Assembly (NCBI GenBank): GCA_963712695.1
Contig: CAVQJD010000011.1
Coordinates: 5,336-69,335 of the forward strand
Source: an uncultured Gammaproteobacteria bacterium
GTDB taxonomy: Bacteria > Pseudomonadota > Gammaproteobacteria > UBA9214
Direction of reading: 5' to 3'
DNA length: 64,000 bases
Shown here: positions 9,307 to 19,189 of the stretch, in pieces
Numbering within the stretch: the first letter of the stretch is position 1
Layout of the letters: each line of letters begins with the position of its first letter
The notes under the pieces: generated by a model
Told to the model about the DNA's origin: nothing
What the model saw: the letters and a program-made list of their open reading frames with translations, nothing else
Databases searched by the model: none
Program-made: the position numbers and the translations under genes

Positions 9307-11124
9307 ATGCGCCCTCACCGCCCGACCGACATGCCCGGCAGCGCCGGCTACGATATCAGGACCCTGCGCTCGCTGGCGCCGTTCCTGTGGGCCTACCGTG
9401 GCCGCGTGCTGCTGGCGCTCGGTTTCCTGGTGCTGGCCAAGGTCGCCAATGTCGGCGTGCCGCTGGTGCTGAAAGACATCGTCGACAACCTGGATACCGG
9501 CAAGCAGGCCATGCTGGTGCTGCCGCTGGCCCTGCTGCTGGCCTACGGCGCCCTCCGGCTGGCCAGCTCCCTGTTCAACGAACTGCGCGACTCGGTGTTT
9601 GCGCGCGTGCGCCACGGCGCCATGCGCCAGGTCTCGCTCAAGGTGCTGGAACACCTGCACCGGCTATCGCTGCGTTTTCACCTGGAACGCAAGACCGGCG
9701 GCCTCTCGCGCGACATCGAGCGCGGTACCCGCAGCGTCAGCTCACTGATGAACTACATGGTATTCAGCATCCTGCCCACGCTGGTCGAGATCACCCTGAT
9801 CGCGGGCATCCTGCTCTCGCGCTACGATATCTGGTTCGCCGTGGTCACCTTCGTCTCGGTGGTCATCTATATCGGGTTCACCATGTTCATCACCGAGTGG
9901 CGCATGAAGTATCGCGTCAGCATGAACGCCTTCGATTCGAAGGCCAACACCCAGGCCATCGACAGCCTGCTCAATTACGAGACCGTGAAGTACTTTGGCA
10001 ACGAGGATTATGAACTGCGGCGCTACAACGACAGCCTGCAAAGCTGGGAGGAGTCCGCCGTCAAGAGCCAGACCTCGCTGTCGGCACTCAATTTCGGCCA
10101 GTCTGCAATCATTGCCGCGGGCGTCACGCTGATGATGATGCTCGCCGCGCAGGGTGTTGTCACCGGCAGCATGACGCTGGGTGACCTGGTACTGGTGAAT
10201 GCCTTCCTGCTGCAGCTGTTCATCCCGCTCAATTTTCTCGGCGTGGTCTACAGCCAGTTGAAACACTCACTCGCCGACATGCACCTGATGTTCGAGGTGC
10301 TGGAACGCACACCGGAGATCACCGACCGGCCGGATGCCCCGGCGCTGGATGCCGGCCGGGGCGAGATCCGCTATGAACATGTCTCGTTTGCCTACGATCC
10401 CGCGCGCCCCATCCTGCACGACGTCAGCTTTACCGTGCAGCCGGGGCAGAAAGTGGCGATTGTCGGACCGAGCGGGGCCGGCAAGTCCACCATCGCCCGT
10501 CTGCTGTTCCGCTTCTATGACGTCACGCAGGGACGCATTCTGATCAACGGCCAGGATATCCGCGCTGTCAGCCAGGACAGCCTGCGCCAGGCCATTGGCA
10601 TCGTGCCGCAGGACACGGTGCTGTTCAATGAATCGCTGTACTACAACATTGCCTACGCGCACCCCGATGCGACGCCCGAACAGGTTGAGCAGGCCGCACG
10701 CCTGGCCAACCTGCACACGTTTATCCGCGCTCTGCCCGATGGCTATGACACCGTGGTTGGCGAACGCGGCCTGAAGCTGTCCGGCGGTGAAAAGCAGCGC
10801 GTCGCCATTGCACGCGCCATCCTGAAGAATCCGCGCATCCTGGTGTTCGACGAGGCCACCTCCAGCCTGGACTCGCAGTCCGAACAGCTCATCCTGGAGG
10901 CGCTGCGCGAGGCCGCCGCCCATCACACCAGCCTGGTGATCGCGCATCGCCTGTCGACCATCGTGGATGCCGATCACATCCTGGTACTGGAGGCCGGACG
11001 CATCATCGAATCCGGCGTGCACCAGGCGCTGCTGGCACACAATGGCATCTACGCAAAACTCTGGGCACTGCAGCAGGAAGAACAGCGCGAACTGGCGACG
11101 GTACAGGCAACCGGGTCCGCCTGA
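9307..11124 (+). CDS. ABC transporter, fused permease/ATPase (Atm1/HMT1-like exporter)
   Basis: 605 aa with an N-terminal 6-TM domain. Walker A GPSGAGKST, signature LSGGEKQRVAIARA, and Walker B ILVFDEATSSLD are present. The half-transporter architecture resembles Atm1-type exporters. The substrate is not inferable. Confidence 0.85.
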   Translation: MRPHRPTDMPGSAGYDIRTLRSLAPFLWAYRGRVLLALGFLVLAKVANVGVPLVLKDIVDNLDTGKQAMLVLPLALLLAYGALRLASSLFNELRDSVFARVRHGAMRQVSLKVLEHLHRLSLRFHLERKTGGLSRDIERGTRSVSSLMNYMVFSILPTLVEITLIAGILLSRYDIWFAVVTFVSVVIYIGFTMFITEWRMKYRVSMNAFDSKANTQAIDSLLNYETVKYFGNEDYELRRYNDSLQSWEESAVKSQTSLSALNFGQSAIIAAGVTLMMMLAAQGVVTGSMTLGDLVLVNAFLLQLFIPLNFLGVVYSQLKHSLADMHLMFEVLERTPEITDRPDAPALDAGRGEIRYEHVSFAYDPARPILHDVSFTVQPGQKVAIVGPSGAGKSTIARLLFRFYDVTQGRILINGQDIRAVSQDSLRQAIGIVPQDTVLFNESLYYNIAYAHPDATPEQVEQAARLANLHTFIRALPDGYDTVVGERGLKLSGGEKQRVAIARAILKNPRILVFDEATSSLDSQSEQLILEALREAAAHHTSLVIAHRLSTIVDADHILVLEAGRIIESGVHQALLAHNGIYAKLWALQQEEQRELATVQATGSA

Positions 11125-11150
11125 AAGGATGGTTTTCCAGGTGCCCAAAA

Positions 11151-11180
11151 CAGGAAACCCGCCAGTCGGCGGGTTTCCTG
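11151..11180 (-). terminator. Rho-independent terminator for the OM beta-barrel gene, possibly bidirectional for the convergent ABC gene
   Basis: 13-bp perfect stem caggaaacccgcc / ggcgggtttcctg with a 4-nt loop. On the minus strand it is followed by TTTTGGG. There is no U-tract on the plus strand. Confidence 0.7.
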
Positions 11181-11199
11181 GTCTGCCTGTCAGACGAAC

Positions 11200-11793
11200 C
11201 TAGAACCCTATACGCAGGCCAACGAAGAACTCGTTCTCATCAGCGTCATCGAAGCGATTGAAGCTGCCGCTCAGCGCAAAGGTCTTGGTGATGTCGAAAA
11301 CGCCACCGACACCGTAGCCGATGTCATCCTCGCCATCGATATGCAGAGAGGAGACGGTGGCGTTCAGCTCCAGGCTCTTGCTCAGCATGGCACGCACACC
11401 GGCCTCGGCCAGGTAGCCGTCGTCACCGAAGCTGCCTGCCGGCGTGTTGGTGACCTCGATGTCCACGTAGCTGATGGCGCCCAGTACATCGATGGTGTCG
11501 GTGATACCGAAGTGCATGCCGCCACCGATCTGGAATCTGTCCGCATCAGCATCGGCGCTGGAGTCGGGATCGTCCAGCCATAGCCGGTCATAACCAAACT
11601 TGAGGAAGATATGGTCCGTCGCACCGAAGGAGATGTTCACGCCGGCGCCGTCGCCCTCGACCGAGTCGGCATCGATATTGATGTAGCCGAGCTCGGCATA
11701 GCTGTACTCCGGCCCCTTGGCAGCTACGGCCTGCTGGGTCACGGCAGCAAACAGGGTACCCGCCAGCATGGCTGTCAATCGCTTGTTGTTCAT
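11200..11793 (-). CDS. Small outer-membrane beta-barrel protein (OmpA-like/porin-family barrel)
   Basis: 197 aa. It has a signal peptide (MNNKRLTAMLAGTLFAAVTQQAVA), alternating amphipathic strands, and a terminal aromatic ...FFVGLRIGF typical of OMP C-termini. Confidence 0.7.
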   Translation of the reverse strand: MNNKRLTAMLAGTLFAAVTQQAVAAKGPEYSYAELGYINIDADSVEGDGAGVNISFGATDHIFLKFGYDRLWLDDPDSSADADADRFQIGGGMHFGITDTIDVLGAISYVDIEVTNTPAGSFGDDGYLAEAGVRAMLSKSLELNATVSSLHIDGEDDIGYGVGGVFDITKTFALSGSFNRFDDADENEFFVGLRIGF

Positions 11794-11995
11794 TACTCCC
11801 CTCCTGATTAGGCATGACCACCCGAATGCGGCGGATGATTCTTGTTGAATAACGCGGAGATACTAAGGATTGCGCACCTTGCAGACAAGTTTTTCGTTTA
11901 ACCGGCGGCAACGGCCTGCCGGTACACCCCGCTCGCGTGACAGATAATTTTCTGGATAATCAGTTGCCTGTAACGGCAACACGGCAAACGACCCG

Positions 11996-12823
11996 ATGCA
12001 TGACAAAACCATCCTGATCACCGGCTGCTCTTCGGGCATCGGACTGTGCTGCGCGCGTGGACTACAGTCACGCGGCTGGCGGGTGTTTGCCACGGCGCGC
12101 CGGCCGGTTGACGTAGAGCGACTCACCGCCGAGGGACTGGAAAGCCTGCCGCTCGACCTGGCGGACTCCGCCTCGATCCGCGCCGCCGTCGATGACATCC
12201 TGGCGCGCAGCGGCGGCCGGCTCGACGCCCTGTTCAACAACGGCGCCTACGGCCAGCCGGGTGCGGTGGAGGACCTGTCGCGCGAGGTGTTGCGTGAACA
12301 GTTCGAGACCAACGTACTGGGCTGGCATGAACTGACCCGGCGCGTGTTGCCGGTCATGCGCGACCAGGGCCATGGCCGTATCGTCTACAACAGTTCGGTG
12401 CTCGGTTTTGTCGCGCTGCGCTACCGTGGCGCCTACATCGCCAGCAAGTACGCCATCGAGGGGCTGGCAGATACGCTGCGGCTGGAACTGCGCGGCAGCG
12501 GCATACATGTCTCGCTGGTGGAGCCCGGGCCGATCGAGAGCCGCTTTCGCGCCAACGCGTTTCTCGCCTACCGGCGCAATATCGATGCCGAAAACAGCGC
12601 GCACCGCTTAGCCTACCAGCGCATGGAGCAACGTCTCGAGAAGGAGGGGCCCGCCGTGCCGTTTACGCTGCCGCCCGAGACGGTATTGAAAAAGCTCGTG
12701 CACGCCATCGAAAGCCCGCGGCCGCGGCCGCGTTACTATGTAACGTTCCCGACTTACCTGTTCGGCACGCTCAAGCGTGTGCTGTCAACCCGGCTGCTGG
12801 ACCGCCTGCTGTACCGGGTGTAA
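11996..12823 (+). CDS. Short-chain dehydrogenase/reductase (SDR) family oxidoreductase
   Basis: 275 aa. It has the TGCSSGIG cofactor motif, NNGAYG, and the YIASKYAIEG catalytic YxxxK. Confidence 0.85.
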   Translation: MHDKTILITGCSSGIGLCCARGLQSRGWRVFATARRPVDVERLTAEGLESLPLDLADSASIRAAVDDILARSGGRLDALFNNGAYGQPGAVEDLSREVLREQFETNVLGWHELTRRVLPVMRDQGHGRIVYNSSVLGFVALRYRGAYIASKYAIEGLADTLRLELRGSGIHVSLVEPGPIESRFRANAFLAYRRNIDAENSAHRLAYQRMEQRLEKEGPAVPFTLPPETVLKKLVHAIESPRPRPRYYVTFPTYLFGTLKRVLSTRLLDRLLYRV

Positions 12824-12828
12824 TAACA

Positions 12829-12916
12829 GGGGTCAGATCCCAGTTTCTGCTTATATTCCTACAATCGCAAAAGATTTGAATTGAAAGAATATAAGCAGAA
12901 ACTGGGATCTGACCCC
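12829..12916. repeat. Perfect 30-bp inverted repeat (12829-12858 / 12887-12916) with a 28-nt A/T-rich spacer between convergent SDR and clpB
   Basis: ggggtcagatcccagtttctgcttatattc and its exact reverse complement gaatataagcagaaactgggatctgacccc. It could act as a bidirectional terminator hairpin or be a small mobile or REP-type element. Confidence 0.8.
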
Positions 12917-12960
12917 GCGTCTACACGGATTTCTGGCCATTCAGACCCGGTATGGACGTT

Positions 12961-15561
12961 CTATGCCGCCGAGGCGGTGTCGCCACGGCTGGAAGTGAAT
13001 TCCAGGTGGTCGCCGCTTGCATCGATGTGCACGACGTCGCCGGGGCTGAAGTGGCCGGCCAGGATCTCCTGCGCCAGCGGATTCTCCAGCCGGGTCTGGA
13101 TGGCACGCTTGAGCGGACGGGCACCGTAGACCGGATCGAAACCGGCCTCCCCGATACGGTCGAGCGCGGCAACGGTAAGCTCCAGTCCGATCTCGCGCTC
13201 GGCGAGCCTGCGCCGCAGGATATCGATCTGCAGGTCGGCGATGGCACGGATCTGCTCGCGGCCGAGCGGGTGGAACACCACCACGTCATCGATGCGGTTG
13301 ATGAACTCCGGCCGGAAGTGCCCGGCCACCACGTCCATCACTGCGTCCTTCATGGCTGCATAGTTCTCTTCACCCGCCATTTCCTGGATCATCTGGCTGC
13401 CCAGGTTGGAGGTCATCACGATCACTGTGTTACGGAAGTCCACAGTGCGGCCCTGACCGTCGGTCAGACGGCCGTCATCGAGCACCTGTAGCAGCACATT
13501 GAACACATCCGGGTGCGCCTTCTCGACCTCGTCGAGCAGTATCACGGAATAGGGCTTGCGGCGCACCGCCTCGGTCAGGTAGCCGCCCTCCTCATAGCCC
13601 ACATAACCGGGCGGCGCACCGATCAGGCGTGCGACCGAGTGCTTTTCCATGAACTCGGACATATCGATGCGCACCATCGCCTCCTCGGTGTCGAATAAAA
13701 ACGCCGCGAGTGACTTGGTCAGCTCGGTCTTGCCGACGCCGGTCGGACCGAGGAACAGGAAGGACCCGTTCGGCCGGTTCGGGTCTGACAGGCCGGCACG
13801 GCTGCGGCGAATGGCGTCGGACACCACGCGCACGGCCTCGCCCTGGCCAACCACACGCTTGGCGAGCGACTCTTCCATGCGCAGCAACTTGTCGCGCTCG
13901 CCCTCAAGCATCTTGGACACCGGGATACCGGTCCACTTGGACACCACCTCGGCAATTTCCTCGTCGGTCACCTTGTTGCGCAACAGCTGCATGTCCTTCG
14001 TCTCGGCAGCATCGGCCGCGGCCAGCTGCTTGACCAGTTCCGGGATGCGCCCGTACTGCAGCTCGGAGGCACGCGCAAGATCGCCGGCGCGATGCGCGGT
14101 TTCGAATTCCATGCGCGCGCGCTCCAGCTCTTCCTTGATGTGACTGGCACCCTGCACCGCTGCCTTTTCCGATTTCCAGATTTCCTCCAGGTCGGAGAAC
14201 TCGCGTTCCAGCGTGTTGATCTCCTCCTGCAAGGCACCGAGACGCTTTTTCGAGGCCTCATCGACTTCCTTCTTCAGCGCCTCACGCTCGATCTTGAGCT
14301 GGATCAGGCGGCGCTCCAGACGGTCCATCGCCTCGGGCTTGGAATCGATCTCCATACGGATGCGGCTGGCGGCCTCGTCGACCAGGTCGATGGCCTTGTC
14401 CGGCAACTGGCGATCGGTGATGTAGCGGTGCGACAGGGTAGCGGCAGCGACAATGGCCGGATCGGTGATCTCGACGCCGTGGTGCACCTCGTAACGCTCC
14501 TTCAGTCCGCGCAGTATGGCGATGGTATCTTCCACACTCGGCTCGTCGACCAGCACCTTCTGGAAGCGGCGTTCCAGGGCGGCGTCCTTTTCGACGTACT
14601 TGCGGTATTCGTCCAGCGTGGTGGCACCGACGCAGTGCAGCTCGCCGCGCGCCAGCGCCGGCTTGAGCATGTTGCCGGCATCCATGGCGCCCTCGGCCTT
14701 GCCGGCGCCGACCATGGTGTGCAGCTCGTCGATGAACAGGATGATCTGGCCTTCCTGCTTGGCCAGGTCGTTGAGTACGGCCTTGAGGCGCTCCTCGAAT
14801 TCACCGCGGAACTTGGCACCGGCAATCAGCGCACCCATGTCCAGCGACAACAGGCGCTTGCCTTTCAGGCCTTCCGGCACTTCACCGTTGATGATGCGCT
14901 GCGCCAGGCCTTCCACGATGGCGGTCTTGCCGACACCGGGCTCGCCGATCAGCACCGGGTTGTTCTTGGTGCGGCGCTGCAGTACCTGGATGGTGCGGCG
15001 GATTTCGTCGTCACGGCCGATCACCGGATCAAGCTTGCCCTGTTCGGCACGTTCGGTCAGGTCGATGGTGTATTTTTCCAGCGCCTGACGCTGCTCCTCG
15101 GCGTTCGGATCGTCGACCTTCTGACCACCGCGCAGCTTGTCAATCGACTGTTCGACCAGACCCTTGCTGGCACCGGCCTTGCGCAGCAGCTCGCCGAGCT
15201 GCCCCTTGTCCTCCAGCACAGCCAGCACGAACAGTTCGCTGGAGATGTAGCTGTCCTTGCGTTGCTGGGCCAGCTTGTCGGTCACATTCAGCAACCGCCC
15301 GAGATCATTGGAGATATGCACATCGCCGGCGGCGCCCTGCACCTGCGGCACCTGGTCCAGCAGCTCACCGAGGCGCGAACGCAACAGGTTGACGTTGACA
15401 TCGGACTGGGCCAGCAGGTGACGCACTGTACCGCCTTCCTGATCCAGCAGCGCCGTCATGAGATGGGCCGGCTCGATAAACTGGTGGTCACGCCCCACCG
15501 CCAGACTCTGTGCATCGGCAAGTGCCTGCTGGAACTTGCTGGTCATTTTGTCCATACGCAT
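12961..15561 (-). CDS. clpB: ATP-dependent disaggregase ClpB
   Basis: 866 aa. It has two AAA+ modules ([18 protein letters not shown]), a long middle coiled coil, and the N-terminus [21 protein letters not shown]. Confidence 0.96.
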   Translation of the reverse strand: MRMDKMTSKFQQALADAQSLAVGRDHQFIEPAHLMTALLDQEGGTVRHLLAQSDVNVNLLRSRLGELLDQVPQVQGAAGDVHISNDLGRLLNVTDKLAQQRKDSYISSELFVLAVLEDKGQLGELLRKAGASKGLVEQSIDKLRGGQKVDDPNAEEQRQALEKYTIDLTERAEQGKLDPVIGRDDEIRRTIQVLQRRTKNNPVLIGEPGVGKTAIVEGLAQRIINGEVPEGLKGKRLLSLDMGALIAGAKFRGEFEERLKAVLNDLAKQEGQIILFIDELHTMVGAGKAEGAMDAGNMLKPALARGELHCVGATTLDEYRKYVEKDAALERRFQKVLVDEPSVEDTIAILRGLKERYEVHHGVEITDPAIVAAATLSHRYITDRQLPDKAIDLVDEAASRIRMEIDSKPEAMDRLERRLIQLKIEREALKKEVDEASKKRLGALQEEINTLEREFSDLEEIWKSEKAAVQGASHIKEELERARMEFETAHRAGDLARASELQYGRIPELVKQLAAADAAETKDMQLLRNKVTDEEIAEVVSKWTGIPVSKMLEGERDKLLRMEESLAKRVVGQGEAVRVVSDAIRRSRAGLSDPNRPNGSFLFLGPTGVGKTELTKSLAAFLFDTEEAMVRIDMSEFMEKHSVARLIGAPPGYVGYEEGGYLTEAVRRKPYSVILLDEVEKAHPDVFNVLLQVLDDGRLTDGQGRTVDFRNTVIVMTSNLGSQMIQEMAGEENYAAMKDAVMDVVAGHFRPEFINRIDDVVVFHPLGREQIRAIADLQIDILRRRLAEREIGLELTVAALDRIGEAGFDPVYGARPLKRAIQTRLENPLAQEILAGHFSPGDVVHIDASGDHLEFTSSRGDTASAA

Positions 15562-15602
15562 GAATGAAGGCCTCCGCGGCGAAAATCGGTATATTCCCCG
15601 TT

Positions 15603-15631
15603 ACATAGGGGGGATCAGCGGGCATTTCAAG
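15603..15631 (-). promoter_or_regulatory. Candidate sigma32 (heat-shock) promoter of clpB
   Basis: The minus strand reads GGGCTTGAAATGCCCGCTGATCCCCCCTATGTA. That is CTTGAAA, then a 12-13 nt spacer, then CCCCTATGT, which resembles the consensus CTTGAAA-N13-14-CCCCATNT. It lies about 40 nt upstream of the clpB ATG. Confidence 0.5.
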
Positions 15632-15661
15632 CCCGCCAAACATCCTCGGCCGGAATTAATA

Positions 15662-15734
15662 GCCACGGGCGCACACGGAATTACACGGAAAAGCCACCAC
15701 ACGCCGTTCCGTGTTTTCCGTGTGCTTCCGTGGC
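15662..15734. repeat. Second copy of the CACGGAA-triplet inverted repeat, hairpin form (arms 15662-15690 and 15707-15734, 16-nt loop)
   Basis: gccacgggcgcacacggaattacacggaa ... ttccgtgttttccgtgtgcttccgtggc. The three CACGG(A/G)(A/G) units per arm are at exact 10-bp spacing. It lies between the ZIP gene stop and the clpB promoter. Confidence 0.7.
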
Positions 15735-15767
15735 CAATTAAGAAACTTTTATGAAGACAATCAACCG

Positions 15768-16553
15768 CTAGTGCAGGGTGGAATGGGCAGCGTAAATCAG
15801 CAGGACACCGACGGCGATGAGGACGATCTGTTGAATGGTTGCCGCACCCTCGGTACGCCGGTGCAGGGTGGGAATGAGATCGGCCACGGCGATATAGATG
15901 AAGCTCGACGCCGCCACGGCCAGGACGTAGGGCAGCACCGGCTCCATCTCCTGCAACGCATACCACGCCAGCACACCGCCCAGCACCGTGGTCAGGCTCG
16001 AAAGGATGTTGTAGATGAAGGCGCGGCCGCGCGTGAAGCCGCTGTGCAGCAGCACGGCAAAGTCACCCACCTCCTGCGGTATTTCATGTGCCGCTACCGC
16101 CAGGCTGGTGACAATACCGAGGTGGATATCAGTGAGAAATGCCCCGGCAATCAGGATGCCGTCGAGAAAGTTGTGCATGCCATCGCCAATCAGGATCATC
16201 ATGCCGGTCGATTGCCGGCGCACATGATCGTGATCTTCCGGCACATGCACCTCGCAGTGATCGGCATGGCAATGCCGCCACAGCACCAGCTTTTCGAGCA
16301 GAAAGAATCCCAGCAGTCCCAGCAGTACCGCCAGCGGAATCGTGTGGGTGTCGCTGCCGGCGGCGGCCTCCAGCGCATGCGGCAGCAGACCCAGCAAGGC
16401 AGCGCCCAGCAGCGTGCCGGTGGCGAAGCTGACCAGGTGCGGCAGCAGGTGATTGCGCAGCGGCTCGCTGAGTACCAGGAAGACTGCCGCGGCCAGCACG
16501 CTGAGCACCCCGCCCAGCAGGCAGAACAGGATGATCCAGGCAATCAGCGACAT
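15768..16553 (-). CDS. ZIP-family divalent metal (zinc) transporter
   Basis: 261 aa, multi-TM, with a His-rich loop (RHCHADHCEVHVPEDHDH). It carries the ZIP signature HNFLDGI...AHEIPQEVGDF. Confidence 0.85.
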   Translation of the reverse strand: MSLIAWIILFCLLGGVLSVLAAAVFLVLSEPLRNHLLPHLVSFATGTLLGAALLGLLPHALEAAAGSDTHTIPLAVLLGLLGFFLLEKLVLWRHCHADHCEVHVPEDHDHVRRQSTGMMILIGDGMHNFLDGILIAGAFLTDIHLGIVTSLAVAAHEIPQEVGDFAVLLHSGFTRGRAFIYNILSSLTTVLGGVLAWYALQEMEPVLPYVLAVAASSFIYIAVADLIPTLHRRTEGAATIQQIVLIAVGVLLIYAAHSTLH

Positions 16554-17338
16554 GCGGTTATCCCACGCGTACAGAAGGCGGCCATGATACGCACCCGCTT
16601 ACGGCGCCGCCAGCCACACCAGCGTGGCCATACGCCCGGTGGTGCCGTCACGGCGATAGGAAAAAAACGCGCTCGATCGCTGAATGTGCACCAGTCACCG
16701 CCATAGACCGCCGTCACCCCGCAGCCCGCGAGCCGTTGCCGGGCGAGGCAGTAGAGATCGGCAAACCAGCGCCCGTCCTTGCCCGGCATGAAGGCACGCA
16801 TCGCCTGCGTATCCTGCGCCACGAAGGCAGCGCGCACCTCGGCGCCTACCTCGAACGCCGCTGGCCCAATGGCCGGGCCCAGCCATGCCAGCAGTTCCCG
16901 CGGCGGCACCGGCAGTTGCCTGACCGTCGCCTCCAGCACGCCGGCCGCCAGTCCGCGCCAGCCGGCATGCGCGACCGCCACACACAGCCCTGCGCGATCG
17001 GCAAATACCACCGGCAGACAGTCCGCGGTCAGCGCGGCGCAGACCACGCCTGGCTGCACGGTCCAGGCGGCATCGGCCGCGGGACGGTCACCGGCCTGTC
17101 CGGCATCGACCACCGTGACGCCATGCACCTGTTGCAGCCAGACTGGCTCCGCCGGCAACGCCAGCACTTCGCGCAATCGTGTCCGGTTGGCCGCCACGGC
17201 GGCGGCATCATCGCCGACATGATCGGCCGGATTCATGCTGGCCCAGGGCACACGGCTGACCCCGCCACCGCGCGTAGTGGTCACTGCGCGCACGGCAGGC
17301 GGTGCCGGCCACTCCGGCACCAGCCAGTCACAGGCCAT
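16544..17338 (-). CDS. pgeF: Peptidoglycan editing factor PgeF (YfiH/DUF152 laccase-domain protein) with an apparent 1-nt frameshift near the 3' end
   Basis: Family motifs TADCLPV, HAGWRG, GPAIGPAAFEVG and CTFSDRARFF are present. After the T7 run (plus strand A7 at 16661-16667) the track frame reads PIAVTAPPGVW..., while the conserved tail SYRRDGTTGRMATLVWLAAP* sits in the adjacent frame and ends at 16599. The start is set at the internal MACDWLV (17338). Confidence 0.8.
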   Translation of the reverse strand: MACDWLVPEWPAPPAVRAVTTTRGGGVSRVPWASMNPADHVGDDAAAVAANRTRLREVLALPAEPVWLQQVHGVTVVDAGQAGDRPAADAAWTVQPGVVCAALTADCLPVVFADRAGLCVAVAHAGWRGLAAGVLEATVRQLPVPPRELLAWLGPAIGPAAFEVGAEVRAAFVAQDTQAMRAFMPGKDGRWFADLYCLARQRLAGCGVTAVYGGDWCTFSDRARFFPIAVTAPPGVWPRWCGWRRRKRVRIMAAFCTRGITACR

Positions 17339-18296
17339 CAGTGAGCACCTCGGCATCTTCACGCAGCACTCTGATGAGCTGCGCCATATCATCCGGCACG
17401 TCAGTCTCCCAGCTGACCGTTTCACCGCTGGTTGGATGTTGCAGTTCCAGCCGCGCGGCATGCAGCGCCTGGCGTCTGAAACCGGCCAGGGTGGCCTGCA
17501 GGGCGGCGCTGGCGCCGGGCGGCAGCCGCAGGCGCCCGCCGTAGACCGGGTCGCCGACCACCGGTGTGTGGTTGTGCGCCATGTGTACGCGAATCTGGTG
17601 TGTGCGCCCGGTTTCCAGGCTGACCCGCACCAGCGTGTGTGCGCGATAGCGCTGCTCGACCCGGTAGTGGGTTACCGCCTCCCTGCCGCCCGCAGTAACG
17701 GCCATGCGTTTGCGATCGACCGGGTGCCGCCCGACCGGGGCATTAATGGTGCCTCCGCCAGTCAGTACGGAATAAACCACCGTCAGGTACTCGCGGGTCA
17801 CACAACGTGCCTGCAACGCCTCAACCAGCCGCTTGTGGGTGGTGAGGTTGCGCGCGACCACCATGAGGCCGCTGGTCGACTTGTCGAGCCGGTGCACGAT
17901 GCCCGCACGCGGCAGCACGGCCAGCGCCGGGTCGTAGTGCAGCAGCGCATTCAGCAGTGTGCCGGCGGGATTGCCGGCCGCCGGGTGCACCACCAGCCCG
18001 GCCGGCTTGTTGATCACCAGAAGATCCGCATCGGCATACCGCACATCGAGTTCGATCGGTTGCGGCCGGTCTGCGGACTGTTCGTGAAGCTCGGCCTCGA
18101 TGCGCACGATCTCGCCACCGCTGACCTTCTCCCTGACCTGTGCCACGCGCGCATCGAGCGTCACCTGCCCGGCCCGGATCCACTGCTGCAGGCGCGAGCG
18201 TGAATAATCCGGGACCAACTCGGCCAGCGCCAGGTCGAGGCGGCGGCCACGCAGGGAGTCCGGAATAGTCACTTGCAGTTGCAGGATCGGCATCAT
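17328..18296 (-). CDS. rluD: 23S rRNA pseudouridine synthase RluD
   Basis: 322 aa. It has an S4 domain followed by the catalytic HRLDKSTSGLMVVA and GRTHQIRVHM motifs. It is divergent from bamD, as in E. coli and Pseudomonas. Confidence 0.93.
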   Translation of the reverse strand: MMPILQLQVTIPDSLRGRRLDLALAELVPDYSRSRLQQWIRAGQVTLDARVAQVREKVSGGEIVRIEAELHEQSADRPQPIELDVRYADADLLVINKPAGLVVHPAAGNPAGTLLNALLHYDPALAVLPRAGIVHRLDKSTSGLMVVARNLTTHKRLVEALQARCVTREYLTVVYSVLTGGGTINAPVGRHPVDRKRMAVTAGGREAVTHYRVEQRYRAHTLVRVSLETGRTHQIRVHMAHNHTPVVGDPVYGGRLRLPPGASAALQATLAGFRRQALHAARLELQHPTSGETVSWETDVPDDMAQLIRVLREDAEVLTDGL

Positions 18297-18376
18297 GCGC
18301 TCATCGATATTGGGTTATACTCTGGCGGCGCCCCGTGCGGCGCCCGTTTCCTGGACATTTTGACACATCACACGCG

Positions 18377-19189
18377 ATGCGATTGACGAGTTTATTCCTG
18401 GCCGCCCTGCTGCTGGTTTCCAGCGGCTGCTCCCTGCTGCCCGACCAGATCGACAAGACCAAGGACTGGTCTGCCAGTCAGCTCTACAGCGCAGCCAAGG
18501 AAGAACTGGCGAGCAAGAACTACGAGCAGGCAATCAAGTACTTCGAGTCCCTGGAGGCGCGCTACCCGTTCGGCAATTACGCCCAGCAGGCACAGCTGGA
18601 GATCGCCTACGCCTATTACAAGTTCGACGAGCCCGATCTCGCCATCGCGGCAGCCGACCGTTTCATCAAGATCTACCCGCGCCACCAGAATGTGGATTAC
18701 GCCTGGTACCTCAAAGGTCTGGTTAATTACAACCGCGGCAAGTCACTGGTCGATCGTTTCCTGCCGCAGGACCCGACTGAACGCGACACCTTCACCATGC
18801 GTGCGGCCTATGATGATTTCAACCAGCTGGTGCAACGTTACCCGGACAGTATCTACGCCGGGGACTCCGCCCAGCGCATGATCCACCTGCGCAACAGCAT
18901 GTCCGAATACGAACTGCACGTGGCCGACTACTACATGCGCCGCAAGGCCTATGTCGCCGCGGTTAACCGTGCCAAGTACGTCATAGAGAACTATCAGCGG
19001 ACGCCCGCCGTACCGGATGCACTGGTGTATATGGTGCGTGCCTACCGTGCCCTCGATGCCAACGAACTGGCCGAGGGCTCCCTGAAGGTGCTGCGCCTCA
19101 ACTATCCGCAACACCCCGACCTGGCCCGGCTGGAATCGTCCGGCGGTTACCCGGCCGATCAATCGTCCCCGTTCTGGGAGTTCTGGTAG
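18377..19189 (+). CDS. bamD: Outer membrane protein assembly factor BamD (lipoprotein, TPR-like)
   Basis: The start is set at MRLTSLFLAALLLVSSGCS (lipobox LVSSGC). YEQAIKYFESLEARYPFGNYAQQAQLEIAYAYYK is typical of BamD/YfiO. Confidence 0.92.
   Translation: MRLTSLFLAALLLVSSGCSLLPDQIDKTKDWSASQLYSAAKEELASKNYEQAIKYFESLEARYPFGNYAQQAQLEIAYAYYKFDEPDLAIAAADRFIKIYPRHQNVDYAWYLKGLVNYNRGKSLVDRFLPQDPTERDTFTMRAAYDDFNQLVQRYPDSIYAGDSAQRMIHLRNSMSEYELHVADYYMRRKAYVAAVNRAKYVIENYQRTPAVPDALVYMVRAYRALDANELAEGSLKVLRLNYPQHPDLARLESSGGYPADQSSPFWEFW

Noticed and set aside
14092-15567. 491-aa plus-strand ORF antisense to clpB
   Set aside because: GC-driven open frame opposite clpB with no domain signatures.
15711-16706. 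331-aa plus-strand ORF antisense to the ZIP transporter and the pgeF 3' end
   Set aside because: Gln/Arg/His-rich low-complexity translation. The minus-strand genes carry clear family motifs.
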